Of a stretch of 64,000 nucleotides of DNA, positions 39,160 through 49,910 are shown in pieces (position 1 is the first letter of the stretch; every line of letters begins with the position of its first letter). This DNA is from an uncultured delta proteobacterium (lineage in GTDB: Bacteria; Desulfobacterota; Syntrophorhabdia; Syntrophorhabdales; WCHB1-27): positions 128,001 to 192,000 of the forward strand of contig CAWEPK010000016.1 in assembly GCA_963810935.1 (NCBI GenBank), written 5' to 3'. A program made the translations under genes and the position numbers. The notes under the pieces are model-generated. The model worked only from the letters and a program-made list of their open reading frames with translations. It did no database searches and was not told the DNA's origin.

Positions 39160-40797
39160 ATGGTCAGCACCCTCCTTATATCGACTTTTGTGACCATCCT
39201 CCTTATACCGATATTCAGCAGAGCGGCGCTCAGGCTGAATATCGGACTCGATATGCCCGGCGGAAGGAAGGTGCACGAGCGTCCCATACCCAGGGTGGGC
39301 GGGGTCGCAATGGTCGTGGGCGTGTACGTGTCCGCCGTTTTTCTCTCACCACACGAGCATTTTATAACGGCTTACGTTATATCGAGCCTGTTCATCGTTT
39401 GTTTCGGGGTCGTCGATGATTTCAACGGCATTGATTTCCGTCTTAAATTCCTTGCACAGGTAGTTGCTGCGCTGGTGATCGTCATATACGGGGGAGTCAA
39501 GATCAAGAGCCTCGGCGGCCTGCTGCCAGAAGACGTGATGCTGCCGGAGACGGTCTCGGTCTTGCTGACGGTTGTTGCTATTGTAGGCGTAACCAACGCG
39601 ATCAATCTGGCCGATGGACTGGACGGCCTTGCCGGCGGCATCTGCCTTTTGAGTTTTGGCTGCCTCGCCTATCTTGCCTACCTGGAAGACGACATCACGT
39701 TGTGCCTCCTCGCCCTCGCCCTGGCAGGCGCAATATTCGGGTTCCTGCGATATAATACGTATCCTGCCGAGCTTTTCATGGGCGACACGGGCAGCCAGTT
39801 CCTCGGTTTTTCGGCCGTAAGCCTATCGCTGGCCCTCACACAGGGTCAAACGCCCTTGAGCCCGCTTATCCCGCTTCTCGTGCTCGGGTTTCCGGTGCTC
39901 GACACCCTTGCCGTCATGGCGCAGAGGATTTCGGAAGGAAAGCCCGTTTTTGCGGCTGACAGGAACCATTTTCACCATAAGCTCATGAGCCTGGGTTTCT
40001 ATCACAACGAGTCCGTGCTCCTGATCTATACCGTGCAGGCGATGCTCGTAAGCGCCGCCTTCGTTTTCAGGTTCAACACCGAGTGGTTCCTTCTTGCCGG
40101 GTATGTTCTGTTCTCGGTACTGGTTCTCGCCGGTTTCCATATTGCTCAAAAGCGCAAGTGGAAGCTGCACAGGTACCACCTTTTTGACCAGGCCATCAAG
40201 GGCCGCCTGAGGGGTTTGCGCGGCCACGGGTTCGTGATTAAAGTATGTTTCGGCGTGGCGGTATTCGGCGTGCCTTTGCTCCTGTTCATTGCCTGCCTGC
40301 TTCCGCCAAAGATACCGCCCGCTGTTTCCTACCTCTGCGCCGTATTCCTGGCGGCCTTGTTGCTCGTATGGTGCTTCAAGAGAGAATGGATGAAAGGGTC
40401 CCTGACGGCGGTCGTCTATTTGTTCGTGCCTTTCATTATTTCCCTTGACTTCGAAAACGTTAACCACATAGGCACCACGTTTTCACGGCTCTACAATATG
40501 GCCCATATAGTGCTCATTGTTTTTGTCGTGCTCACGCTTAAATTCACCAGAAGACAGCAAGGTTTCAAGACGACACCAATGGACTTCCTCATCCTTTTCA
40601 TAGCCCTTGTCGTGCCGCATGCGCTCTCACGTTACCTGCATATAGAAAATCTGACGGTTATCGCTGCAAAGACGGTCATGTTCTATTTCAGCTACGAGGT
40701 CCTGATCGGCGAGATGCGGGGAAAGCTCACAAGGCTTGCCGCAGCAAGCATGCTGCCCCTGATTATAGTGGTAGCGAGAGGATTGATGCGCTGGTGA
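39160..40797 (+). CDS. MraY/WecA-family polyprenyl-phosphate N-acetylhexosamine-1-phosphate transferase with extended C-terminal membrane domain
   Basis: RKVH, GVVDD, NAINLADGLDGLA, FMGDTGS, ADRNHFHH. Confidence 0.9.
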   Translation: MVSTLLISTFVTILLIPIFSRAALRLNIGLDMPGGRKVHERPIPRVGGVAMVVGVYVSAVFLSPHEHFITAYVISSLFIVCFGVVDDFNGIDFRLKFLAQVVAALVIVIYGGVKIKSLGGLLPEDVMLPETVSVLLTVVAIVGVTNAINLADGLDGLAGGICLLSFGCLAYLAYLEDDITLCLLALALAGAIFGFLRYNTYPAELFMGDTGSQFLGFSAVSLSLALTQGQTPLSPLIPLLVLGFPVLDTLAVMAQRISEGKPVFAADRNHFHHKLMSLGFYHNESVLLIYTVQAMLVSAAFVFRFNTEWFLLAGYVLFSVLVLAGFHIAQKRKWKLHRYHLFDQAIKGRLRGLRGHGFVIKVCFGVAVFGVPLLLFIACLLPPKIPPAVSYLCAVFLAALLLVWCFKREWMKGSLTAVVYLFVPFIISLDFENVNHIGTTFSRLYNMAHIVLIVFVVLTLKFTRRQQGFKTTPMDFLILFIALVVPHALSRYLHIENLTVIAAKTVMFYFSYEVLIGEMRGKLTRLAAASMLPLIIVVARGLMRW

Positions 40798-40827
40798 CGC
40801 GCTAACCTGATCAAGAGGAGAAGAAGA

Positions 40828-43221
40828 TTGAAACCATTCGTGAAAATCTTTCTGGCGATTCTGATAACCGTGTCCCTGGCTACCGGTTGCGGAGGTCCCG
40901 AGCAGAAGAAGATGAAATTCCTGAACAAGGGGAAGGACCTCTTCGAAAAAGGCGACTATGTCAAAGCAAAGCTCGAGTTCAGGAACGCCGTGCAGATCGA
41001 CCCGAAGTTCGCAGAAGGGTTTTACATGCTGGGGTTAGCAGGGCTGAAAACGGGGAACCTCAATGAGGCGTTTGGCAACCTGTCGAAGGCGCTCGAGGTC
41101 AATCCGGGTCACTTGAAGGCGCGGGCGGAGATGGCAGGAGTACTGCTTCAGGGCAGGTTGTTCGACAAAGCCATCGAGACCGCAGATGTTGTCTTGAGGG
41201 AAGAGCCGGGGAACGAAAAAGTGCTGATAGTAAAGACGGCCGCGCTCCTTGCGAAGCAGGAGTCTGCAAAAGCGCGCGAGCTGGTGGAGGCCATCCTGGC
41301 GAAGGGGTCGAAGGCGCCCGATGCCTACATCCTCCTGTCTGCCTGTTTTTCGCAGCAGAAGGACCTGAAGCACGCAGAGGAAGCGCTCCGTAAAGGGATA
41401 GAGCTTAACCCCCGTTCGGTTAACCTCCACCTTGCCCTCGTCGAGCTCATGGCGAGGAGCAAGCGCATAGACGAGGCAATCGCGGCTATGCAGCAGGTGG
41501 TCGCGCTGGACCCCGCAGACTTCAACCGCAAGCTTGTCCTGGCAAGTCTCAACTGGGACGGGGGGCGCGAGGATAAGGCCCGCGAGGTGCTAAGAGAGAT
41601 TTCCGTCGGAGACGGAAAAAATGAAGACGGATGGCTGCGGGTCTCCGGTTTCTATCTTTCACGGAACCGGCTGAGCGATGCAGAGAAGACGCTGGGCGAC
41701 GGGATCGGAAAGTTTCCCCGCAGCATCAAGCTGCGCCTTGCTTTAAGCGAGTTGTACCTGAATACGGGCAGGGGGGACACCGCCAAAAAGACCCTCGTGG
41801 AGTGCCTCGGATTAGAAAAGGACCCGGCCAATCCGGATATTATCATGGCCAAAAACGGACTTGCCCGCATCTGCCTTTCGAGGGGTGAGATCGACGAGGC
41901 TGCCAAGTATACGGAGCAGGTGCTGAAAGAATCCCCAAAGAACCTCGATGCCCATTTCTTCAAAGGCAGCGTGTATCTTGCGAGGGGAGACGGTAACAAT
42001 GCCGTTCCGGAGTTTCGCACGGTGGTGGCCGATAGGCCTCAGCTCATCGCGGCCTACGTTCGTATGGCCGAAGCCCATGCAATGAATAACGAATTGAACC
42101 TCGCCTCCGACGTGCTCCTGAACGCCCTCAAAGTTGACCCGAAATCCCGGGAAGCAGGCATGGCTTACGCAAGGTTGCTGGTCTTGCAGAAACAAAACGG
42201 AAGGGCTGAGGACCAACTTCGTAAAATGGCGGCTGCAAACCCCGAAGACCTGGGCATTACGGCAGAGCTGGGCGACCTGTTCCTCCTGAAAGGGGAGATG
42301 GGCCGAGCCGAGGCCCAGTATGCAGACATCAAAAAACGGGCGCCAAAGAACCCTGCGGGATACGCAAAGCTGGGCGCTCTCTTTCTCAACGAGGGGAAGC
42401 TGGATAAGGCCAGGACCGAGTTCGAGCAGGCATGGAAACTCGCACCCGATTCCCCGGACCTGCTGTCCGCAGTTGTCCACGTGGTGATCGCACAGAACAA
42501 GTACGATGCGGCCGTTTCTCTATGCGAAGAGCGAATAAAGCGGAACGGCAACGACGCCATGGCGTATAATCTTCTAGGGCAGATTTACACTACGAAAAAA
42601 GAATTCAAAAAAGCGGAAGGCGCTTTTACGAAGGCAATGGAGTTGCAGCCGTCGTGGACGGCGCCTCTCGGCGGGCTCGCACAGGTCTACGTGACCCAGG
42701 GGCAGACCGCATCGGCCGTAAAGAAGCTGGAGGACCGGCTCAAGGCGGAGCCGGAGAATGGGAACGTTCAGCTCTTGCTGGCCCAGCTCTATTACAGGAA
42801 TAAAGAATACGGAAAGGCGATCGGGATCTACGAGAAGGCGCTGCAGAAGCAGCCGGGCAACTGGGCCGTCTCTAATGACCTGGCGTTCCTCCTGAGCGAA
42901 CAATCTAATTCCCCGAAAGACCTTGAAAAGGCAAGAATCCTGGCGCAGAAGGCGCTCAATGCCCGGCCGGACGAGCCGCGGATTCAGGACACGCTCGGAT
43001 GGGTCTGCTACAAGCAGGGCGATACGGAGCGCGCTTCCGAGCTGATCCGGAAAGCGTACGTGAAAATGGCCGGCAGTGCCGCAGTCAACTACCACATGGG
43101 TATGGTCGCCTATAAGACGGGGAAGACTGCCCAGGCAAAGGAGTACCTGACAAGGGCCGTAAGCTCGGGCGAGAACTTTCAGGGCAAAGAAGATGCGCAG
43201 AAGGTGTTGACGAAGCTGTGA
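40828..43221 (+). CDS. Tetratricopeptide-repeat lipoprotein (PrsT-like, exopolysaccharide-associated)
   Basis: TTG start after AGGAG, lipobox LATGC, many TPRs, NDLAFLL and DTLGWV motifs. Confidence 0.85.
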   Translation: MKPFVKIFLAILITVSLATGCGGPEQKKMKFLNKGKDLFEKGDYVKAKLEFRNAVQIDPKFAEGFYMLGLAGLKTGNLNEAFGNLSKALEVNPGHLKARAEMAGVLLQGRLFDKAIETADVVLREEPGNEKVLIVKTAALLAKQESAKARELVEAILAKGSKAPDAYILLSACFSQQKDLKHAEEALRKGIELNPRSVNLHLALVELMARSKRIDEAIAAMQQVVALDPADFNRKLVLASLNWDGGREDKAREVLREISVGDGKNEDGWLRVSGFYLSRNRLSDAEKTLGDGIGKFPRSIKLRLALSELYLNTGRGDTAKKTLVECLGLEKDPANPDIIMAKNGLARICLSRGEIDEAAKYTEQVLKESPKNLDAHFFKGSVYLARGDGNNAVPEFRTVVADRPQLIAAYVRMAEAHAMNNELNLASDVLLNALKVDPKSREAGMAYARLLVLQKQNGRAEDQLRKMAAANPEDLGITAELGDLFLLKGEMGRAEAQYADIKKRAPKNPAGYAKLGALFLNEGKLDKARTEFEQAWKLAPDSPDLLSAVVHVVIAQNKYDAAVSLCEERIKRNGNDAMAYNLLGQIYTTKKEFKKAEGAFTKAMELQPSWTAPLGGLAQVYVTQGQTASAVKKLEDRLKAEPENGNVQLLLAQLYYRNKEYGKAIGIYEKALQKQPGNWAVSNDLAFLLSEQSNSPKDLEKARILAQKALNARPDEPRIQDTLGWVCYKQGDTERASELIRKAYVKMAGSAAVNYHMGMVAYKTGKTAQAKEYLTRAVSSGENFQGKEDAQKVLTKL

Positions 43222-43301
43222 GAGGGAGGGTCAGGCAGCAGTCCGGCTGAGACTGGATAGGTAAAGCGTTGTCGAAAAAGACAGGGTAACCCCCCGCCTT
43301 T

Positions 43302-44138
43302 TTATTTTTTCCGTTGCTTGTTCAGGACCAGGCCGATTAATTTCTCGGTCGGAAGGAGCTGCAGGGCGTTCCTGATTTCTGCGAGCGGCGTCGAGCCGGC
43401 AGCGACCACCATCAGGATATGGTCTACTTGCGGGGCGAAAGCCAGGGCATCGGGGCTTGTCAGTACGCCGGGCACGTCGAAGAACACGTACCGCTCGGGA
43501 TAGCGGCTCTTCATATCGGAGACTAGTTCCTTCATCCTCGGGGAAGCCAGAAGCTCGGTGCTGTCCTGAAGCGTTCCGCCGCCCGAGATAAGCGTGAGCT
43601 TCTCGGAACCGGGCCAGATGATAAGGTCGGATATGGGTGTGTTGTTCAGGAGATAATCCGAGAGACCCATGTCGCTCTTGATCCCCAGGTACTCATGTAT
43701 CCGCTGATTGCGGAAGTCGCAATCGACGAGAAGGACAGTTTTTCTGAACTCTCTGGCAAAGGCGAAAGCGAGGTTGATCGCGGTGATCGTCTTGCCTTCG
43801 CCGGACAAGGGGCTCGTGACCATAATCGCCCGCCCGCCCCATTCCTCGGTCTTTTGCAAAATCTGGGTCCGGAGCACCTTGTAGGGCGCCAGATAGGGCG
43901 AGGCGGGCAGCACGCCCACACAACGGTTCGCTGCGGCGGTCAGGGGGTTGAGCCAGGCGGTCCTGGACTGGTTGTAGCTTGGAGAGACCCAGCCGGTCAG
44001 CTCTCTCTCCATCGTCTGCGCCGGTTCGACGACACCCGTCCCCGATACAGACATGGTGCTATCGGGCATCGGCATCGGTTCACTCACCGGGGCCTTCTTA
44101 CGCTTGGCGGCTTTCGTGGGCTTCCAAAACGCCGGCAC
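43302..44138 (-). CDS. CpsD/CapB-family tyrosine-protein kinase
   Basis: TSPLSGEGKT Walker A, LVDCD, FFDVP, GLVLN; follows the chain-length gene. Confidence 0.88.
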   Translation of the reverse strand: MPAFWKPTKAAKRKKAPVSEPMPMPDSTMSVSGTGVVEPAQTMERELTGWVSPSYNQSRTAWLNPLTAAANRCVGVLPASPYLAPYKVLRTQILQKTEEWGGRAIMVTSPLSGEGKTITAINLAFAFAREFRKTVLLVDCDFRNQRIHEYLGIKSDMGLSDYLLNNTPISDLIIWPGSEKLTLISGGGTLQDSTELLASPRMKELVSDMKSRYPERYVFFDVPGVLTSPDALAFAPQVDHILMVVAAGSTPLAEIRNALQLLPTEKLIGLVLNKQRKK

Positions 44139-44148
44139 GGGCTTCCTC

Positions 44149-45738
44149 CTATATCATCAATCGTCTCGCAAGCCTTGCCCAGAAGACTTCGAGATCCATC
44201 ACGAAGAAATGGAACAGGATTATAGCCGCGGCCAATCCGACTGCAAGACAGACAGCTACCTTTCTCCTGAACTTTTGCGTCTTCAGCTTGTCCTCTTCGG
44301 TTACTATCCTGGGAATGGTGCCGAGCACCGGGAACCCTATCTCGTTCGACAACTGGACCGCGCTCCTGACCGATTGGTCCGCCTGCTCCTTCAGGGCCGC
44401 ATTCCCCACACCGGCCCCTATGCCAAGGAATAAGCCGATGAGGATTACTGCCGGCACCTTCGGTTTGACCGGTTTTTCGGGCAACCTCGCCGGGTCAATA
44501 ATCGTGAACTTCTCACCCATTTGCTCCTTCTCGAGCCCCTGGGCTACTCTGGCCTCAAGCACCCTCTTCATTAGCTCCTGGTACTTCGTTTCGGTGTTGG
44601 TGCGCTCCACCATCAACGCTTTGTACGTCTCCTCGACGCGCGGGGCCGCTTCAGTCCTCTGGACATAGTCTTCCCGCTTCTTGCGCATCTCGATTATTTG
44701 CCTTTTTACGGATTCTATGTCCGATTGCAGGCCTGCGAGCTGGGAGGCGATCGTCACGTAAGACGGGTTGTTTGCCTGGTCCGTCACGGAAATCAGCGGC
44801 TTTTGGTCCACTCCCTCTTCGGCCGACCGCTCGGCTATGCGTTTTTCGAGGGCGTCGACGTCCATCCTGGTCTTCTTCACGTCCGGGTACTTGTCGGAGT
44901 AACGGCTTTCGAGCTGGAGGAGCTTTGCCTTCAATTCTTTCAGGAGTGTCCTGTCCTGGTCCTTGCTCTCCGTCGGGATGCTCGCAAGCTGCGTCTGGAA
45001 GACCTCTTCTTTCTCCTTCAACGATCTGAGCTCGTCATTGAGCCTGTTAAGGTCGGATTCGGTCCTGTCGAGCCCCTGGAAGTTGACTTGCAGCAATTCG
45101 GGTATGGCATTGATGTTCTTTGCCTTGAAAACAGCTATTTTAGAGTCCAGGTTCAGCAGGTGCTCTTGTATAGTTTTGGCCTCATCCTCCAGAAACCTGG
45201 CCGCGCCGGCCGTTTGCCGCTCGCGTGTCTTCAGGTTCTCCTCGAGGTAGAGCGAGGCGAGCATGTTGGCGACCTCCTGCACCACCTGGGGGTACTTGCC
45301 GTCATAGGAAAGGGAGAAGGCAATGGTCGCCTGCATGGGCGTCGAGCTTCTCTTGTCCGCCACATCCGCGCTGATCATTTGCAGCTTGATGTCTTTTCGC
45401 ATCAAATCTACGATCTCCTCGGTGGTCATCTTCCGTTTAAGCTCCGCATAGAGACCGAAATGGTTGATGATTTCGAGAAGCCTGGTCGTACTCATGATGC
45501 GCTGGTTGATCGACTGAAGGCGCTGCTCGACAAACCCCGTTACGGTAGTGATGACGAAATCGCGTGGTATCTCCTGCTCCTCGATCAGTATGGTGGAAGT
45601 CGACCTGTACGTCCGGGGCCACAGGATGGCGCTGACCAGCGTTATGGAAAAGATAACAACGATTGGAAGGACGAGATACCATTTCCTTCGCAGGACGATA
45701 TCTATATAATCGTTGATCGTTTTCGCGTCTTCTTCCAT
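44149..45738 (-). CDS. Polysaccharide co-polymerase / chain-length determinant (GumC/Wzz-like)
   Basis: N- and C-terminal TM segments, coiled coil, YSDKYPDV, IIDPARLPEKPVKP. Confidence 0.9.
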   Translation of the reverse strand: MEEDAKTINDYIDIVLRRKWYLVLPIVVIFSITLVSAILWPRTYRSTSTILIEEQEIPRDFVITTVTGFVEQRLQSINQRIMSTTRLLEIINHFGLYAELKRKMTTEEIVDLMRKDIKLQMISADVADKRSSTPMQATIAFSLSYDGKYPQVVQEVANMLASLYLEENLKTRERQTAGAARFLEDEAKTIQEHLLNLDSKIAVFKAKNINAIPELLQVNFQGLDRTESDLNRLNDELRSLKEKEEVFQTQLASIPTESKDQDRTLLKELKAKLLQLESRYSDKYPDVKKTRMDVDALEKRIAERSAEEGVDQKPLISVTDQANNPSYVTIASQLAGLQSDIESVKRQIIEMRKKREDYVQRTEAAPRVEETYKALMVERTNTETKYQELMKRVLEARVAQGLEKEQMGEKFTIIDPARLPEKPVKPKVPAVILIGLFLGIGAGVGNAALKEQADQSVRSAVQLSNEIGFPVLGTIPRIVTEEDKLKTQKFRRKVAVCLAVGLAAAIILFHFFVMDLEVFWARLARRLMI

Positions 45739-45984
45739 GCACCTACCTACTCGGGCAAAAACCCATAGTTCTTATCGTAGCACAGGCCAATCCCCCGCAT
45801 CTATAAAAAAAATCTATATTTTTCACGCCCATGCCTGCCTTCCTTTCGCCGATGCAATGCCTTGCATACCACCTGTATAGCTTACGACGACCGCCGGCGA
45901 ATATCATGGAGAAATCGCTGATTATATGGTCGAATTAAGATAAATGAGACGTTTGTCGGAAGCTTGAGGTATTTGAGTCGTTTG

Positions 45985-47040
45985 CTAAGTGACGGCGTAC
46001 CCGGCCGGTTCCCCTTGGGGCATGCGCTTTACCGAGTGCTTGAGCCCTTCAACTTTAGACTGTACGAGCCCCCTTGTCTCGGCCGCCTGTATAAATCCCT
46101 TGAACTGGTTGAAGCCTAACCCGTTAAAGTAGATCTTTTTTTCGATAAGCTTGGAGTTCACATTCCTGTATGAGTGGTAGCTGGGCTCGCCGCCCTTGTC
46201 CAGCTCGGCGAGGACGTCGATCAGGAACTGAAATGCGTGCTGCATCGGCCCTTCTCTCGTCAGCACCTTGGGGACCGGATAGATGAGCGATTCGGCGCCC
46301 TTGCCTTCGATCTTGACGAAGCCCGCCTTGACCGCCGCGCTCACGAAGTCGCTCCAGTGGGAGAAGTTGAGCTTCTTCTCGTTGAAATTGGGGTTGAGCA
46401 TCTTCATCCTGATCTTCACGGACCCTATGCCCGGGTTTATCTTCTTTTTCAGCATGGTGTCGGCTGCTTCTGCAAGGACCTGGAACCAGTCCTCGATAGC
46501 CATGGGGGAGGTGGCACTTACCGGCGCCCCGCCTTTCGCCTGCGCTGTCTTGTCATCGGGCAGAGGGGCCGGTTTTTCGGTCGTCTCCTCGTCGTTTCCT
46601 CCGGGCATCAGCTCCCGGTAATCGACATAACTGTCAGCAAGGGCCAGCAGGTCTTCGGACGCGTTCTGCGTGTTGCAGACGATGTGGACCATTTTGCCCG
46701 CCCGCCTCAGGGCGAGCACGAGAAAACGAAAATCGCTGTCGCCCGTTACAAGGATGAACGTATCGATGTGGTCGTGGATGCGCAGGATCTCCAGCGTGTC
46801 GGAGACCAGCACCATGTCGGAGCTGTTCTTGCGGCCCTTCGGGATATGGACCAGGTAAAAGTACCGTCTGGTCAGCGACGGCGCCAGCTTCGAGAAGACG
46901 GTGTTCGTCCAGTTGCCGTACGCGCGGGCGGTCACTATGCGGCCCTTCGACTCCGCGTGCTCGATAAGGCCCTCGAGGAAAAGAGAGTCTGCGCCGGGAT
47001 TGACGTTTTCCAAGTCCCACAGAATGGCCACGTTGTTCAT
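45985..47040 (-). CDS. NYN-domain protein with C-terminal OST-HTH/LOTUS-like domains
   Basis: WDLENV, RAYGNW, KNSSD, LVTGDSDF; NFNEKKLNF and LGFNQF repeats. Confidence 0.88.
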   Translation of the reverse strand: MNNVAILWDLENVNPGADSLFLEGLIEHAESKGRIVTARAYGNWTNTVFSKLAPSLTRRYFYLVHIPKGRKNSSDMVLVSDTLEILRIHDHIDTFILVTGDSDFRFLVLALRRAGKMVHIVCNTQNASEDLLALADSYVDYRELMPGGNDEETTEKPAPLPDDKTAQAKGGAPVSATSPMAIEDWFQVLAEAADTMLKKKINPGIGSVKIRMKMLNPNFNEKKLNFSHWSDFVSAAVKAGFVKIEGKGAESLIYPVPKVLTREGPMQHAFQFLIDVLAELDKGGEPSYHSYRNVNSKLIEKKIYFNGLGFNQFKGFIQAAETRGLVQSKVEGLKHSVKRMPQGEPAGYAVT

Positions 47041-47200
47041 GGTTTTATTATACAGGTTTGCAGCGACAGCTTCAAGGAAACCGTTTTTTTAGGGGCCGGG
47101 ATCTTTCTCCGCACAACTTTGTCGCGCTTCGGGCCGTGACCTCAATGTGCGCAAAAGAGCAGTGATTTTGCTTTTTCTTCTCCGCCTGCTATAATACGTC

Positions 47201-47720
47201 GTGGTGGTCCCGCCCTTATCATCTATCCTCATAGCGCTCGGCCTGTTGTGCGTCTCTATACTGATCTTCAACCGCGTAAGGAAGCCCCCGCTCGTCGGAA
47301 AATGGGCGGCCCGTGCGCTTTTGGGGTGCACCATACCCTTGCTCGCCGCAGGCTTTGCACTCCATTTCAGCGGGCCCGTGCCTTCGGACCGGTCAGCGGC
47401 GTTGCGGTCCGCATCAAGCCCTGCCGCCCGGGCCGCAAAGCGTGCGGAGGCCGGCTGGAGCTTTTCGTTCGAGCCCAAATCGGCGCGTTGGGGCCAGGAG
47501 GTGACGATACGCGTCACACCCCCTAAAGATGACGTGACTGTCTACTACAACGGAAGGCCGCTGCCCGCGCGTCCGAAGGGCAACGGAATCTTAGTCGTGA
47601 CTGTGCCGGCCATAAGCAAGGACGGCCGTTTCAGTCTGGAAAGCGGCGGAACGAGGGTGGAGGCGGAGGACCGGCTCATTATCTATAGGTGGAATATGTC
47701 GGCGGCCTGCTACGATTTTA
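47201..47720 (+). CDS. Hypothetical membrane protein with an Ig-like C-terminal segment; 3' end uncertain
   Basis: Two hydrophobic segments then a beta-rich region. The ORF as sequenced (to 47872) runs through the tautomerase gene, which suggests an indel near its end. Confidence 0.45.
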
Positions 47721-47735
47721 TAAAGGAGGTCCTGT

Positions 47736-47939
47736 ATGCCGTATGTGAATATCAAAGTCACCAAAGAAGGTGTAACCGCGGAGCAGAAAGAAAAACTGAT
47801 CAAGGGCGCGACCGACCTGCTGGTCAACGTGCTCGGCAAGAACCCGGCCACGGTCTTCGTCGTGATAGATGAAGTCGAGACGGACAATTGGGGTGTCGGC
47901 GGCGAGACGATCACCACGAGGCGAAAGCGCGGTCAGTGA
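47736..47939 (+). CDS. 4-oxalocrotonate tautomerase family protein
   Basis: AAGGAGG RBS; N-terminal Pro (MPYVNIK), EQK, NWGVGG. Confidence 0.93.
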   Translation: MPYVNIKVTKEGVTAEQKEKLIKGATDLLVNVLGKNPATVFVVIDEVETDNWGVGGETITTRRKRGQ

Positions 47940-49312
47940 TCGGGTGTTGCCTTCTTTAAGGCCGCATACTCCATAGCCTGCGATTTTCCGGTGATCTCGC
48001 CGGAGATCTGTTTTTCCCGAATCTCGCGGAGCACCTGCCCCAGTGCGGGCCCCTCGTCAAAGCCCGCGGCCAATAGGTCGTGTCCCGTCAAGATTTGCGG
48101 CAGGGGAGTGCTTTTATATTCCGCGTATCCTGAGAGCACCTCGCGGCAGCGTGTTTTTACCTGCTCGGTCGATTCGTTTTCTCTCCCGCCCGTATTCCCG
48201 TAAAGGTCTAGAAGCGTAAGGAAAACGAGGGCGGGCGAAAGCTCTTCCATCTTGTAGACGATCCTCCTCACCGCCTTTTCCGTGGCCTCTCGGGTGCTTA
48301 TGAGAAAGACCCGCATGTGGTTTTCTATAACGGTCCGTATAGCCCTTGCCTCGGATGCGCTGAACCTTAAGCGATTCATGATCCCGGCCGCGATGTTGCT
48401 CGAATGGCGCTCGTGGTAGTAGAAGTGGATGCGCCCTTTCTCTTCGTCGAAGGAAAAAGTAGCGGGCTTGCCCAGGTCATGGAAAAGCAGCCCGTAGCCT
48501 GCCTGCCGCACCTCCCTTTCGGTAAAAGGACTGAACCGCTTGATCTTCCGGAGGTGCCTGAAGCCGCCTATCGTGTGGCCGAGCGCCCTAGGCCGCAGAT
48601 GCCTCTCCGCGTCCATCTTCGCGAGCCCGAGCAGCTCGGGAAATATCTCGAAAAGGAGGCCCGTCTGCTCCATAGTCCGAATGGCGCGGTAAGGGTTGTC
48701 CGAAATCATTATGAGGTCGAGCTCGTATTTTACCCGCTCCGCGGCCGCGTTGCGGATAAGCGCCTTTTCAGCCGCAATTGCCTCTTTCAGCGCCGGGTCC
48801 AGGGTAAAGCCGGACAACGCACAGAGGTGCCTCATCGCCTTTACCATCCTCAGCGGGTCTTCCTTAAGAGACTCCTTCCTGGGATAGCGTATGGTGCGCT
48901 TTTTTAAGTCTTCTATACCGCCGAGGGGATCGAGCAGCCTGCCGGGACCGATTGCGTAAGCCATTGCATTGATCGTAAAATCGCGCCTCCGCAGGTCGTC
49001 ATCTATGCTTCCCGCCAGTATGGTGACGTCCAGGCTGATCCCCCGTGCCACGATCCTGTGCGCCTGGATGGGTTTTTTACCGAGGAGGAAGGATTTGGCA
49101 CCGAATATCCGCTCTATGCGGACGACGTCTTCGGGCCGGGAGAGGGCGAGGTCGTAGTCGTTAGGCAGGCGGCCGAGGGATAGTTCCCGCAGCGCACCCC
49201 CGACCAGAAAAACGGGGCCGGCGAACCGGCCGCTTCCGATTTTCCCGACAATGTCGAGCCGTCCTATCGCTTCTGCCAGCGCCGACGGAGAAAGGAGCGA
49301 GGTCTTACGCAT
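47933..49312 (-). CDS. CCA-adding tRNA nucleotidyltransferase / poly(A) polymerase family with HD domain
   Basis: VGGALRE, DYD, DLRRRDFTINAMA, EDPLR, HDLGK. Confidence 0.9.
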   Translation of the reverse strand: MRKTSLLSPSALAEAIGRLDIVGKIGSGRFAGPVFLVGGALRELSLGRLPNDYDLALSRPEDVVRIERIFGAKSFLLGKKPIQAHRIVARGISLDVTILAGSIDDDLRRRDFTINAMAYAIGPGRLLDPLGGIEDLKKRTIRYPRKESLKEDPLRMVKAMRHLCALSGFTLDPALKEAIAAEKALIRNAAAERVKYELDLIMISDNPYRAIRTMEQTGLLFEIFPELLGLAKMDAERHLRPRALGHTIGGFRHLRKIKRFSPFTEREVRQAGYGLLFHDLGKPATFSFDEEKGRIHFYYHERHSSNIAAGIMNRLRFSASEARAIRTVIENHMRVFLISTREATEKAVRRIVYKMEELSPALVFLTLLDLYGNTGGRENESTEQVKTRCREVLSGYAEYKSTPLPQILTGHDLLAAGFDEGPALGQVLREIREKQISGEITGKSQAMEYAALKKATPDH

Positions 49313-49883
49313 TCGTTACAATGGCGGCCGTGCGGTCCGCAATTTTTTCGAGCAGGCCCATTATGTCCTGGTAGAATGTCAAAGCGTCGGGCCTGAGAGC
49401 GGCTGTGTTCCGGTTTTGCCCGTTCCCGGCCGTCCACCCTCGGACTTTATCGGCAATAACGGCCGTGTTCGAAAGGACGTAGCGCCTGAAATCGGGGCGC
49501 GTTCCGGGGGCGGTCATGTCGCCTGCGTCTCTCGCCGCATCGGCCGCCAGCGTGATTAGCTCGCTCACGTGCGCCTCGGCCGCGGGCTCCATCCGGATGC
49601 CGGCCTCGAGTCCGTCCTGTATCCGCTGCATGAGCTCTTCAGCCGCTTCCGAGAGGCGCCGGAGAGCCGGAACCTCTTTTTCTGCGTTCCCTTTACAAGC
49701 GCCGGGGCGGACGAGCGCCCGCGCCGCCTCCCGTGCCTGCCGTAGCCGGGCTGCGTCGCGAATGAAAAGAGACGCCCTGGCGTCGCCCAGGGTCTTCGCT
49801 ACGCAGGCGAGCACGTCGAGCTTCGATTTGGCGTACGTTTCTTCCTGTGTCATCTCATCCATAATTCCGTCTCCCGGTGTCAA
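49305..49883 (-). CDS. Hypothetical alpha-helical protein
   Basis: Fills the gap in a co-oriented run, with its stop overlapping the next start; no motif recognised; start may be 49862. Confidence 0.55.
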   Translation of the reverse strand: MTPGDGIMDEMTQEETYAKSKLDVLACVAKTLGDARASLFIRDAARLRQAREAARALVRPGACKGNAEKEVPALRRLSEAAEELMQRIQDGLEAGIRMEPAAEAHVSELITLAADAARDAGDMTAPGTRPDFRRYVLSNTAVIADKVRGWTAGNGQNRNTAALRPDALTFYQDIMGLLEKIADRTAAIVTNA

Positions 49884-49910
49884 TAGTCCTCCGACTCATT
49901 CCCGGCAACC